Part shown: in pieces, positions 29,144 through 39,239 of the stretch
Position numbering within the stretch: position 1 is the first letter of the stretch
Layout: each line of letters starts with the position of its first letter
Source of the DNA: Planctomycetota bacterium
GTDB taxonomy: Bacteria; Planctomycetota; SZUA-567; H5-PLA8
DNA length: 64,000 nucleotides
Direction: 5' to 3'
Assembly: GCA_016200135.1 (NCBI GenBank)
Contig: JACQFI010000115.1
Span: 1 to 64,000, forward strand
Program-made: the position numbers and the translations under genes
The notes under the pieces: generated by a model
What the model was told of the DNA's origin: nothing
Seen by the model: the letters and a program-made list of their open reading frames with translations, nothing else
Database searches by the model: none

Positions 29144-30970
29144 TTAGAAATGGAGCGGGCGGAGGAGGGAACTCTTCTTTGCCTGGTGGTCTTCCATGCG
29201 GCGCAGGATGGAGTCGAGCGCGCGGATGGCGGCGACGACGTGCGGGCCCTTGTTGAGCATGACGCACTCGGCCCGCTCGCTCATGGCCGCGTCGGTGATC
29301 TCCGCGCGCGAGGGCAGGCCCTTCTTCGCCATGGTTTCCAGCACCTGCGTGGCCCACACGGAGGGCACGTGGGCGGCCTCGCAGAGCCACAGCACTTCCT
29401 CCTGCACTTCGGCGAGGCGTTCGTAGCCCACTTCCACCGCGAGGTCGCCGCGGGCGATCATGACGCCCGCGCTCGGGCTGCGCATGGCGGCGACGAGCAG
29501 GTCCGGGAGGCGTTCGAACGCGCGGCGGGTCTCGATCTTGAGGACGATGCCCGTGCGCGTGGCGTTCAGCCGTTCGAGGCGCGCTTGCAGCTCGGCGATG
29601 TCCTCGGGCGCGGCCACGAAGGAGAGCCCGACCGTATCGGCGTGCGCGGCGACGAAGGGCAGGTGGCGCAGATCTTCATCGGTGAGGGCCTTGAGGGAGA
29701 AGGCGCTGTCGGGCAGATTGATGCCCTTGTCGCCCAGGAGGCGTTCGCCGCGGGGCCGCGCATGGGTGATGCGCACGCGCACTTCCGCGGCCCCGGCCGA
29801 CTCGATCCGCCCGCCGATCTTGCCGTCGTCGAACCAGATCCGTTCCCCCGCTTTCAGGCTGGCAAAGACCTCCGGCAGCGTGCACGGAATCCGCGCGGGG
29901 CGGAGCACGGCGCCGCCGGGGCCGATCTCGGCGGGCGCACCGGGCGCCTGTTCGGCCGTCAGAACCAGTTCATCGCCGCGATGGAGCAGGAGGGGCTCGA
30001 AGACCTCGGGGAGTTCGCCCACTTGCGCGCTTAAGGCTTTCTCCCGCACGCAGAGTTCGGCGCCCGCGGCCACGTAGGCGGTGCGGTCGGCCTCGGCAAG
30101 CGCCGCCGGCCCTTCGCGGGCGCTCACGCGCAGGCAGCGCCGCGCGCCGCGCTGGTCGGTAAAGTCGATGCGGTCGCCCGCTTCCAGCCGGCCGATGAAC
30201 TCCGCCGGGACGGGCAGGCAGAGATCCTGCGCTCCAGCCGGAGGGCCCGCGTCCGGCGGAACCAGACGCACGCGCGCGGGCCTTACCAGCGCGCCCGCGT
30301 GGTTGCGTGACGGATGCCAGCTCAGGAAGCGGCCCGCGGGGCGCAGCTTGCCCGTGCGCAGTTTGGGGCCGCCCAGGTCCATGTGAACCACGCAGGAGCG
30401 CCCGAGTTCGCGCCGCGCTTGTTTGAGGTTGTCGAGCATGCCCTGCCACGCGGCGGGGTCGTCATGGGCGCAGTTGATGCGCATGCAGTCCATGCCGCCT
30501 TCAAGCATGGAACACATGAGCGGATAATCGGAGGCGGCTTCGGAGGGCATCGTGACCATGATGCGCACGTTCCGCTGGAGCGGCGCGGGGCCGAGCAGAT
30601 CGCACGTGTGGAGGTCGAGCAGCAGGCGGCCTTCCTCGAAGCCTACGCACGCATCCGCGTCGCCGGGCGGATCGTAACTGTGGCCGGCGATGCGGTGGAG
30701 CGCGTCGATGACCGCGTCGAGCGACGCGAGCGCGCAGGCTTCCGAACGGCCCAGCGAAGAGAGCCCCAGGGCGGCCAGGCGGCGCTGCAGGGGGCGGAGG
30801 TCGTGGCGGCGGAGCGCGAGATAATGCGCCAGATTGCGCGCGCTCGGCTGCTTCCGGGCGGGGAGCTCCCGCAGTTTGCCCGACCAGCGCGCCTCTTCTT
30901 CCAAGAGTCCGCGGCGGCAGACCTCCAGCGCCCGCAGGAGCGACTCGATCTCATCCAGATTGATGGGCAT
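29144..30970 (-). CDS. Pyruvate kinase family protein, long form with ~100-aa N-terminal extension
   Basis: PK barrel motifs: MRINCAHD (cf. NFSHG region), KIETRRAFERLPDLL, MIARGDLAVEVGYERLAEVQEEV, ATQVLETMAKKGLPSRAEITDAAMSER. Confidence 0.6.
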   Translation of the reverse strand: MPINLDEIESLLRALEVCRRGLLEEEARWSGKLRELPARKQPSARNLAHYLALRRHDLRPLQRRLAALGLSSLGRSEACALASLDAVIDALHRIAGHSYDPPGDADACVGFEEGRLLLDLHTCDLLGPAPLQRNVRIMVTMPSEAASDYPLMCSMLEGGMDCMRINCAHDDPAAWQGMLDNLKQARRELGRSCVVHMDLGGPKLRTGKLRPAGRFLSWHPSRNHAGALVRPARVRLVPPDAGPPAGAQDLCLPVPAEFIGRLEAGDRIDFTDQRGARRCLRVSAREGPAALAEADRTAYVAAGAELCVREKALSAQVGELPEVFEPLLLHRGDELVLTAEQAPGAPAEIGPGGAVLRPARIPCTLPEVFASLKAGERIWFDDGKIGGRIESAGAAEVRVRITHARPRGERLLGDKGINLPDSAFSLKALTDEDLRHLPFVAAHADTVGLSFVAAPEDIAELQARLERLNATRTGIVLKIETRRAFERLPDLLVAAMRSPSAGVMIARGDLAVEVGYERLAEVQEEVLWLCEAAHVPSVWATQVLETMAKKGLPSRAEITDAAMSERAECVMLNKGPHVVAAIRALDSILRRMEDHQAKKSSLLRPLHF

Positions 30971-31126
30971 AAAGCGAGACTCGGGAAAGACGCACCCGCC
31001 GCTACTATGGCAGCGCTTGATGAAGCCCGGATTTTGTGTGCATTAATTTCAGGTAAGTTCCGGAAACGCGCGCGGCCCGCCAGAGCGCGAACTCGGGCGG
31101 GCCGCGGGGCGTGCGTGCTGCTGGAG

Positions 31127-32776
31127 CTACTTCTTCGTGCCGTCCTTGGGTGGAGCCGGATCGGGGTTCGCGGGCTTTGCCGCGGGAGCGGCCGTTCCGG
31201 TGGCGGCGGGCTCCGGCTTTTTAACGTCTGAGGTCAGCTTGGCGATGTAGTCGGGCATCTGGACGCCGCCGACGTCCTTCATCACTTGCAGCATGGGCGG
31301 GAGGGTGTGCGCGAGGTTCTTGAGGAAGTTCGAGGTCGCGCCGCCCTGGCCGTCGGGGCTGTGGCCGGAGTCCCAGACGACCACCTTGTCGAACTTGATG
31401 TTCGAGATCGCCTTCGCGGAGGTCTCCGCGAGCGTGTCCAGGTGTTCGAGCATCAGGAGCTTGAAGGCCTGTTCGGAGCCGCCGCAGGCCTCGACGATCT
31501 GCTTCAGACCCTCGCCCTTCTTGGCGAGGATCTCATACTGGCCGCGGGCCTCGGCTTCGAGCTTGGCATAGATCGCGGAGGCTTCGCCCTGGGCCTGGAT
31601 GCGGCGCTTCTCGGCGTCGGCCTCGGCGTCCACGATCATCTTGGCCTTCTCGGCCTTGGCGGGCGCTTCGAGCGCGGCGCGGCGTTCGGCCTCGATGCGG
31701 TCGGCCTGCGCGAGGGCGGCCTTGGTCATGGCGCGGTTCTGGGCTTCCTGCACGCCGGCCTCGGCTTCGCGCTTGCGGGTCTCGCCGAGCTGGTAGGCCT
31801 CGGCCTGCTTGACCTGCAGTTCCGCCTGAGACTTGGCGATGGTGGCCTGGGCGGTGTTCTCGCCGGAGACGGCCTTGGCATTCGCGCTGGCGATGGAGAC
31901 GCGCATGGCCTGTTCGGCTTCCTTCACCTGGGCTTCGCGCAGGAAGGCGGCGGACTGTTCGCCGACTTTCTGTTCCTTGTCGAGGTCGGCGACGCGCACG
32001 GCCTGTTCGCGCTGAGCGTGGCGAGTGCCGATGAGGCGGTCCTTGTTGGCGCCGGCAACCGAGATGTCCTTCTCGCGCACGGCTTCGGCGACGCGGATCT
32101 CGCCGAGTTTCTCCTGTTCGGCCACGTCGCCGCGGGCCTGCTGGATGGCGGTGGCGGCGGCCTTCTTGCCGATGGCTTCGATGTAACCGGACTCGTCGGT
32201 GATGTCGGTGACGTTCACGTTGATGAGCGAAAGGCCGACCTTGCCGAGCTCGGATTCGACGTTCTTGCGGATGGCCTCGAGGAAGCGTTCGCGGTCCTGG
32301 TTGATCTGTTCGATAGTAAGCGAGGCGACGGTGAGGCGGAGCTGGCCGAAGATGATCTCGGTGGCCATCTGTTCGATCTGGCGCTGGTCGAGGTCGAGCA
32401 GGCGGATGGCGGCCTGGTTCATGTGCTCTTCGGTGGTGTTGATGGCGATGGTAAAGGTGCTGGGCACGTTCACGCGGATGTTCTGCAGCGAGAGCGCATT
32501 CTTGAGCGGGATGCTGATCGCCATAGGCGTGAGGTCGAGGTACTTGAAGTCCTGGATCAGCGGCCAGACGAACGTGCCGCCGCCGTGCCAGGCCCGCACC
32601 GAGCGCCCGCCGCCGACGCTGCCGTACACGCAGAGAATCTTATTGGAGGGGCAGCGGCGATACCGGCTGGCCAGGAAGGCGCAGAAGACAAAGGCGCCGA
32701 TCACCACCAGGGCGATGGTTACTGCGGCGTAGCTCAGGTCGATCAGCGCCAAGGGCGGAAGTAGCGTGGGCAGCAT
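31127..32776 (-). CDS. Flotillin-like SPFH/band-7 protein (YqiK-like)
   Basis: N-terminal TM segment, an SPFH domain, then a long Ala/Glu/Lys-rich coiled-coil (EAQVKEAEQAMR ...). Confidence 0.8.
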   Translation of the reverse strand: MLPTLLPPLALIDLSYAAVTIALVVIGAFVFCAFLASRYRRCPSNKILCVYGSVGGGRSVRAWHGGGTFVWPLIQDFKYLDLTPMAISIPLKNALSLQNIRVNVPSTFTIAINTTEEHMNQAAIRLLDLDQRQIEQMATEIIFGQLRLTVASLTIEQINQDRERFLEAIRKNVESELGKVGLSLINVNVTDITDESGYIEAIGKKAAATAIQQARGDVAEQEKLGEIRVAEAVREKDISVAGANKDRLIGTRHAQREQAVRVADLDKEQKVGEQSAAFLREAQVKEAEQAMRVSIASANAKAVSGENTAQATIAKSQAELQVKQAEAYQLGETRKREAEAGVQEAQNRAMTKAALAQADRIEAERRAALEAPAKAEKAKMIVDAEADAEKRRIQAQGEASAIYAKLEAEARGQYEILAKKGEGLKQIVEACGGSEQAFKLLMLEHLDTLAETSAKAISNIKFDKVVVWDSGHSPDGQGGATSNFLKNLAHTLPPMLQVMKDVGGVQMPDYIAKLTSDVKKPEPAATGTAAPAAKPANPDPAPPKDGTKK

Positions 32777-32810
32777 GGCGGTCCCTCCTTATATGTTCTC
32801 GGCTAAAAAC

Positions 32811-33395
32811 TCAGGAGGCCCGGGACACCATCACCGTCTGGCCGTCCAGGACCTCCACGACCGTTACCTGCTGAAACGACTCGATCTCTTTCTTGTTCTC
32901 CGCGACGGCGTCGAGTTCGCGGGTGACGCCGTCGAGCACGATCTGGATGCGGCCCTTTCCGCCCGCTGGGATGCGATGGTAGACGGACGCCGACCGGCCC
33001 TTGGCCTGGCCGATGTCGAAGCGCTGGCCCGAACTGTCGAGACGGAGGAAGAGTTTGAGGATGGCCGCGGTGCCGAGCATGCTCGCGAAGCCGGCAGAGA
33101 AAGCTCCGAGGAGCGCGAGCATCGAGCCGAGTTGGAACTGGCGCGAACAGGTGAGGCCGGTCCAGCCGAAGATCATCAGGAAGGCCGTGATGGTGTTGAC
33201 GGTGAGGAGCTTGAAGTCGGTGTCGGTATCGTGGGCATCGGTGGTATGCCCTACGCCCGGGTCGTGCGCGTGGTCGTGGCCGCCGGTGTGGAACATCCAG
33301 AGCACGCGCAGGACGAAGAAGAGCGTGCCGCCGAACGCAATCGCGGCGAAGAAGAGGTCCAGCGAACCGAAGGTATTGAGCGCGTCGTATGGCAT
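32811..33395 (-). CDS. NfeD-like (YqiJ-like) membrane protein, partner of flotillin
   Basis: The start is refined to MPYDALNTFGSLDLFFAAIAFGG (the ORF extends to 33620). Several TM segments, then a C-terminal OB-like soluble domain. Lies immediately upstream of the flotillin gene on the same strand. Confidence 0.6.
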   Translation of the reverse strand: MPYDALNTFGSLDLFFAAIAFGGTLFFVLRVLWMFHTGGHDHAHDPGVGHTTDAHDTDTDFKLLTVNTITAFLMIFGWTGLTCSRQFQLGSMLALLGAFSAGFASMLGTAAILKLFLRLDSSGQRFDIGQAKGRSASVYHRIPAGGKGRIQIVLDGVTRELDAVAENKKEIESFQQVTVVEVLDGQTVMVSRAS

Positions 33396-33744
33396 GGCTT
33401 TTAGCCCTTTCAGGTTACTCGATTTTTCAACTTCGCACTCCTTTCTTCCGCCTTTGTAAGCAGGAATAGACGGGCTTTCTTTTGGGCAATCCAAACCGAT
33501 TCGATGGAACGTGGAAGACGTTGCGGGAGCATGGGCTAGCGCGCTGCGCTCGTGCCGCGTTGCGGGGGCGAATTCGAGGCGCCTAAAACGTGTCCAAGGA
33601 ACCTTTGCACCAGAGCACACGATGGGGTTGAAATAATGGAGGCTACGGGATCGTCAGGTCGTAGCAGCCAATGCCGTCCACCGGACACATTTAGCCTGCC
33701 GCCGGTATGCAATCCGAAAAGGCAGACAATAGCCTTTGTTTGCC

Positions 33745-35724
33745 CTAAACGTTCCAGGTGAGTTCCAGAAAGCTGGGCCGGCCTTCGCGGCCCATGCAGT
33801 TCCGCGCGGCCATCTCGATGCGGTTCGCGCCCGTGTGCAGCTTCCAGAGGAACACCGCATCCTCTTTCCGCCAGCCGCCCCCGTCGAGGTCGACCGCGAA
33901 GCACTCGAAATTCGGCGTGACCGTGCACATCTTCACGCGTACGACGCCGGGTTCGTCCGTGAGTTCCGCGTCGAAGCAGACCTGGTGGAGCGACCAATCC
34001 AGGTCTGCTTTCCGCGAGGTGTAGCGGCGGTACTGGTGAAGTCGCGGGATGCGGGGAGGCTCCCAGACCCAGTAGTCCGTCCAGTCCCACGTGAAGCCCT
34101 GCTCGTACGGAAGCGGGCGCGGCCGGGTGTACCAATCGTTGCGCGGCATGTAGCGAACCTGGAACCAGCGGAACCACGGGGGCCATTGCTCGAGCGGCTC
34201 GTTTTCTTTGCGCGGCTCGAGTGAGAGCCCTTCGCAGGTGCCGATCTCCAGGTCCTGCGGCGGCATCTTGGAAAAGGTGTCCGGTTTGATCTCGCGATCG
34301 GCGTACATCATGCGGACCATGCGCTCCTGGACTTCCATCAAACTTAGGGGCTCGCGAGTGTGTGGATCGACATGATGCAGATTCTCCTTGGCATCCATCA
34401 AGACCCATTTGTTGTACTCGTTCGACCAGACTTCATTGACCTCGTGGCCGCCCGCGTCGGGTCCACCCGGATGCTGGCCGAAGAGGAAACGCGCCTGGTA
34501 TCCCAGCGCCGCGCAACATTGCGCGTAGGTGATGGCGTAATGCACGCAGAAGCCGATCTTGCGTTCCAGGATCTCGTGCGCGTCCCAGCCGGGAAATTTT
34601 CCTTCCACGGGTGGATTGTATTCCCATTGCTTGCTCACCCAGTCGCGCAGCCGGACCAGCGCCTCGAACTCGCTTGCCGTCCCTCGGACGACCTCCTCCA
34701 GTTTGTACTTTGTCCGCAACTCGACCAGTTTGGGATGGCGCGGATCTTCGTAGGCGAAGGGCATCGAGGAGTACCGGACGCGCTCGTTGTGGAAGCGGTC
34801 CACGCGCACGGCCGCGGACCAGGGCGGGGCGGGCTCGGGTCCGGCTTCTTCGCGCACGGTGACCTGGCGCAGAACCGGCGTGCTCGCGGGCTCGGAGGTC
34901 GTGAGCTCGGCCTGCCACTGAAAATAGGCGTGCGCAGGCGGGATCGAATGCTGAGCCGCGGCTGGCGACCAAGCCGACCAGGAACCCTCTTCATAGAGCG
35001 GCGTGGCGCCGGTGCGGACGGAGAAGGCGATGCGCGTACCATTGGGCGCATCCGCGGCGGCTTCGAGCGTGAGCGCGCGAACCTTGCAGCGCCGCACGAG
35101 CGGCTCGCCGGCGTTCGCGGCGGCCAGCTTGAGCACCGGCGAGACCAAGCGGCCGGCGCTCGCGTACTGGATGCGCTGCAAGCGGATGCGGTACTCGCCA
35201 TCGATGGGCTGCCACGTCTTGCCGCCGTCGAGGCTCTTGAAGCTGCGCGGCGGACGGTTCGCGCGGTCCGGCGCGTTGGCGAGGATGTCCGCGCGCGGCG
35301 CCACGATCACGACGCCCTGGCCCGAGAGCACGACCTCGTTGTCGCCGGCTTTGAGCAGTTCCTCGGGAACGATGCGTGCCAGGGGAGCGCCGTCCGCGGG
35401 CACGGGGCGGCCGTTGATCCTGACCTCGGCATCGCGGGAAGTCGGATGCAGGTAGAGGCGCGATTCGAGTGCGGCGGGCCGTTCGAGGCGCAGAATCTTC
35501 TTTACCAGAACGCCCGCGTCGAGCTGCGCGATCTCGGGCAGCGCGAGCTTGTACCAGGGTTCGGTGCTGTAGGCGCGGCTTCCAGGGCCGTCGTCTTCGA
35601 TGAGTTCCCGGTCGTAAAGGACGACGCCTTGGCGGGCCTCGTCCCAGCGGACCTCGCCGGCGTGCATGGCGCGCTCGAAGGCGTCCCGGGCCGATAGCGC
35701 GTGCGTAGGATCGGACACGAGCAC
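33745..35724 (-). CDS. Transglutaminase-like superfamily protein
   Basis: The core GFCVHYAITYAQCCAALG (catalytic Cys) ... HEVNEVW ... VLMDA (His/Asp) fits the transglutaminase-like cysteine protease fold. Confidence 0.65.
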   Translation of the reverse strand: MLVSDPTHALSARDAFERAMHAGEVRWDEARQGVVLYDRELIEDDGPGSRAYSTEPWYKLALPEIAQLDAGVLVKKILRLERPAALESRLYLHPTSRDAEVRINGRPVPADGAPLARIVPEELLKAGDNEVVLSGQGVVIVAPRADILANAPDRANRPPRSFKSLDGGKTWQPIDGEYRIRLQRIQYASAGRLVSPVLKLAAANAGEPLVRRCKVRALTLEAAADAPNGTRIAFSVRTGATPLYEEGSWSAWSPAAAQHSIPPAHAYFQWQAELTTSEPASTPVLRQVTVREEAGPEPAPPWSAAVRVDRFHNERVRYSSMPFAYEDPRHPKLVELRTKYKLEEVVRGTASEFEALVRLRDWVSKQWEYNPPVEGKFPGWDAHEILERKIGFCVHYAITYAQCCAALGYQARFLFGQHPGGPDAGGHEVNEVWSNEYNKWVLMDAKENLHHVDPHTREPLSLMEVQERMVRMMYADREIKPDTFSKMPPQDLEIGTCEGLSLEPRKENEPLEQWPPWFRWFQVRYMPRNDWYTRPRPLPYEQGFTWDWTDYWVWEPPRIPRLHQYRRYTSRKADLDWSLHQVCFDAELTDEPGVVRVKMCTVTPNFECFAVDLDGGGWRKEDAVFLWKLHTGANRIEMAARNCMGREGRPSFLELTWNV

Positions 35725-36036
35725 CTCCGCTGCAGCGGCGCTGCAGCCCGCTATAGCTGTGTAAACCGCGGGTGTATGCCGATTTTCGGGTTATCCGCAA
35801 AAAGTTGCACGATTCTACGCTTACCCTGCTGCGGCTGAGCCCGCCCAGTCATGCTCAACCGTGAAGACCACAAGGGCAGCACGGTCGGCCTGGATTTTGC
35901 TGCCTCGGTTTAGGCCACGGGCAGCAGTCTCATGGTGGACGGCGGCTGGATTTGCATTTATGGTGCGCGGACAAATGACCCACGCGACCATGTGCTTCTT
36001 CTCCCTCACGCGCCGCCGTCCCGGACGAGGCCGGCC

Positions 36037-38202
36037 ATGAGCGATTCGCCCAGTGGCAAGCAACCGCGCTTCGATGGCGAGACCCTCGCCCGCGTGCAGG
36101 GGCTCAACAGCGTTCGCGAAGGCGCGCCGACGTGGCGCGGCTGGGTGCTGGGCTTTTTAAGCGTCGCGTTTCTCTGCAAATTGATCCCGGTCACCGATTA
36201 TGTGCTGCAAGGCACGCGGCTGACCTTGAACGTGCTCCCGTTCACCTCGGTGTTTCTGCTCTTCGTATTGATCCTGTTCTACAACCTCATGCTGAGCACC
36301 CTGCGCGGAACGCTTGGCCTCAAGCGCCAGGATCTCGTGCTCATCTTCTGCATGACCATGGTGGCGAACCACATTCCCGGCCACGGCTTTCTCTCCTACC
36401 TGACGGCCGAGATCTCCGGCGTGCATTACTTTGCGACGCCGGAGAACCGCTGGGCCGAGTGGCTGCATCCGTACGTGAATCCGCATCTCACGCCGCACGA
36501 TCCCGCCGATCCGAACTCACACGCCGCGCGCCCCATCGAGTGGCTATTTACGGGATTGCCCGAGGGCCAGTCAGTGCCGTGGGCCGCGTGGGCCGTGCCG
36601 TACGCGCTCTGGTCGGCCATGATGCTGATGCTCTACGGCATGATGCTCGCCGTCACGCTGCTCCTGCGCCGGCAGTGGGCCGATCACGAGAAACTGCCCT
36701 TTCCGCTGGCGCAGATTCCCGCGGAGATGCTCAGCGGACTCGAGGCCGCTCCGGATGAACAGACGGCCTCGGGCCCGGCCTCGTTCATGCGCGATCCGCG
36801 CGCGTGGCTGGGCATCGGCGTGGTCTTCCTGCTGCACAGTTGGAACGCGATGTCGAACTTCTGGCCGAACTGGCCCGCGATCGAACTGCGCAACATGGGC
36901 TTCGGCGCCAGGTATCTGACGGAAGCTCCGTTGAATCACCTGAATCCGGTCTGGATCGTAATCTATCCTTCCATCATCGGACTCACGTACTTCGTCTCGT
37001 CGGAGATCGGCTTCAGCCTGTGGTTCTTCTATTTGGTTCTTAAGCTCGGCGTGCTGCTCGCGGTGGGCATGGGTCTCGGGTCTTCGGGCGCCGATTTCAT
37101 GTTTCAGTCATCCGGCATGAACGGGATCTTCATCAACCAGGGCGTGGGCGCGCTTCTAGGCATGGTGCTGGCGGGCGTCTGGATGGCCCGCGGGCCGCTC
37201 GCGCACTCGCTCAAGCAGGCGCTGGGCCTCGAGAAGAACCCGCAAGAAGAGAGCGACGAGGGCCTCTCGCCGCGTTCGCTGTGGTCGATGTTGCTGGTCT
37301 GTTTCGCCGGCTTAGTCCTGTGGCTGGCTTGGGCGGGCGTGGGCCTTCTGTACGCGGTGATCGCGGTCTTCCTCGCGCTGCTCATGGCGACGGGCGTAGC
37401 ACGGCTGGTCTCCGAAGGCGGCATCTTCTTCATCGAGATCGACTCTTCGCCGGTGGACCTGACCGTCCTGACGGCGCCGCCGGCCGCGATGGGAATGAGT
37501 TCGTTTATTCCGCTGAGCATGTGGAGCCGCATCGCGGCCTTCGACGGCTACCGCCTCGCGCCCACCATCACGCTGCTGACGACGGTGCAGGCGGGCGCGT
37601 TCTCGGGCTTGCGGCGCAAGCCGCTGGTGCTGGGCCTGGTTGCGGCGACGGTGCTGGCGCTGATCCTCGGCTTCTTCGGATTCTTCGACACGCTGTATCA
37701 CGCGCCCGGCGGAGCGAACAACGCGGGCTGGGTGCTGAAGGCATTCCCGCAGGGCGAGTTCGGGCAGATGGCAGACCGGTCGGCCTCGGTGCATTACTAT
37801 GAAGCGAAGAAGGACGAGCTGGCCGCGGCAGGCAAGCCGATGCCCGAGAGCAGCGTGCCGGCCGCGGCCAAGCGCGACTGGACCTCGATCACCTGGCTGA
37901 GCGTCGGGATGCTCGTCCTGTTTGCATTCGTGCTGCTGCGCTCGCGCATCTTCTGGTGGCCGCATCCCATCGGCTACGTGGTCTGGGCGGGCCAGTGGGC
38001 GCTCTCGCTCATGTGGTTCAGTTTTCTGCTGGGCTGGCTGATCAAGATGGCGATCGTGAAGTTCGGCGGGCTGCGCGTGTACCAGCAGTGGCGGCGCTTC
38101 TTCCTGGGCATGGTGGTGGGCGAGGCCCTCGCGGCGATGTTCTGGATCGCCGTCTGCTGGGCCACCAACCATCCCGGCGGTTACTTCATGCACTTCAATT
38201 AG
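36037..38202 (+). CDS. Large polytopic integral membrane protein of unknown function
   Basis: At least 12 hydrophobic segments. The start was chosen at MSDSPSGKQ (the ORF opens at 35932). Confidence 0.55.
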   Translation: MSDSPSGKQPRFDGETLARVQGLNSVREGAPTWRGWVLGFLSVAFLCKLIPVTDYVLQGTRLTLNVLPFTSVFLLFVLILFYNLMLSTLRGTLGLKRQDLVLIFCMTMVANHIPGHGFLSYLTAEISGVHYFATPENRWAEWLHPYVNPHLTPHDPADPNSHAARPIEWLFTGLPEGQSVPWAAWAVPYALWSAMMLMLYGMMLAVTLLLRRQWADHEKLPFPLAQIPAEMLSGLEAAPDEQTASGPASFMRDPRAWLGIGVVFLLHSWNAMSNFWPNWPAIELRNMGFGARYLTEAPLNHLNPVWIVIYPSIIGLTYFVSSEIGFSLWFFYLVLKLGVLLAVGMGLGSSGADFMFQSSGMNGIFINQGVGALLGMVLAGVWMARGPLAHSLKQALGLEKNPQEESDEGLSPRSLWSMLLVCFAGLVLWLAWAGVGLLYAVIAVFLALLMATGVARLVSEGGIFFIEIDSSPVDLTVLTAPPAAMGMSSFIPLSMWSRIAAFDGYRLAPTITLLTTVQAGAFSGLRRKPLVLGLVAATVLALILGFFGFFDTLYHAPGGANNAGWVLKAFPQGEFGQMADRSASVHYYEAKKDELAAAGKPMPESSVPAAAKRDWTSITWLSVGMLVLFAFVLLRSRIFWWPHPIGYVVWAGQWALSLMWFSFLLGWLIKMAIVKFGGLRVYQQWRRFFLGMVVGEALAAMFWIAVCWATNHPGGYFMHFN

Positions 38203-38284
38203 CACGGTTCGCTCGGTTTGCGGCCGAGTGCGTTAAAGATATGACCGACGCAACGCCTTCGCACAGGCCGGAGTTGCTCGAAAC

Positions 38285-39223
38285 ATGCCGGATACGCTGA
38301 TCTCCATCCTGCGCGAGAAAGTGCTCCCGGCGGCGGAGGCGCTCACGCCCGAGCGGCTGGTGTTGGCGCACGAAGCGGGCAAGAAGCCGCTGGGCGCGTA
38401 TGTGCCGGGAGATGCGCCGCAGGGCGGAACGGATGCCGAAGAAGGCGAAGACCTACCGGGCATGCTCTATCCCTACCAGGGCCATGCGACGCTCGAGATC
38501 GTTTTCGCGGTGCAGGGCCGGGCCGAACTGGCGCTCGCGGGCAGGCGCTACGCGCTGGCGGAAGGCGACGCCGGCATCATCCTGCCGCATGTGCCGCACC
38601 TGGAACGGATCCGGAACCGCAACCAGGGCTATCACCTGCTGTGGCTGCGCGTGGCCCCGGACCATCTCTCGCTGCACTCCTCTTCGTACAGCCGCGGCAC
38701 GCGCTTCCAGCTCGTGCGCGGCGCGTCGATTCCCCGCAGCGGGGCAATCGGGCGATGCTTCGAGTCCGCCGCGGAAGAATCGGCCACCCGTGGCCCGCTG
38801 TGGCTGCAACTTGTGCGCGCGCGCATGGTGGAAGGCCTGGCCCTGGCGATCCGGCATATCGAGACGCACGGGCCCGGGCGCAACCCCGACCAGTCGCGGC
38901 AGGGCAGCGTGGATGTGGCCAAGGCGTTCATCCAGTCGCACTTCAGCCAGGACCTCTCGCTGGAGCTGATCGCCAGCGAAGTTTTCTTAAGCCCCAATTA
39001 TTTCAGCTCGCTCTTTACGCAGGTGGCCGGGAAGACGGTGATCGAGTATCTGCACGAGGTTCGCATCGACGAAGCCAAGCGCCTGCTCGCGGAGACCGAC
39101 CTGCCGATCCGCCAGGTCGCGCGGCGCGTGGGGATTCCCTCGCCGTCGTACTTCTGCCGGCTCTTCCGCCGGACCACCGGGCGCGCCGCGAAAGATTTCC
39201 GGCAGCAAGCGCTCAAGCGTTAG
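38285..39223 (+). CDS. AraC-family transcriptional regulator (cupin-type sensor + C-terminal HTH)
   Basis: C-terminal dual HTH SHFSQDLSLELIASEVFLSPNYFSSLFTQ ... IRQVARRVGIPSPSYFCRLFRRTTG. Confidence 0.8.
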   Translation: MPDTLISILREKVLPAAEALTPERLVLAHEAGKKPLGAYVPGDAPQGGTDAEEGEDLPGMLYPYQGHATLEIVFAVQGRAELALAGRRYALAEGDAGIILPHVPHLERIRNRNQGYHLLWLRVAPDHLSLHSSSYSRGTRFQLVRGASIPRSGAIGRCFESAAEESATRGPLWLQLVRARMVEGLALAIRHIETHGPGRNPDQSRQGSVDVAKAFIQSHFSQDLSLELIASEVFLSPNYFSSLFTQVAGKTVIEYLHEVRIDEAKRLLAETDLPIRQVARRVGIPSPSYFCRLFRRTTGRAAKDFRQQALKR

Positions 39224-39239
39224 GGCGAGGCTGGATTTC

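Noticed and set aside
29144-30970. Possibility that the PK-like gene is an artefact because of many overlapping ORFs (29138-30034 +, 29460-30077 +, 30314-31231 +)
   Set aside because: Those frames are Arg/Ala low-complexity. The minus frame carries contiguous pyruvate-kinase barrel motifs.
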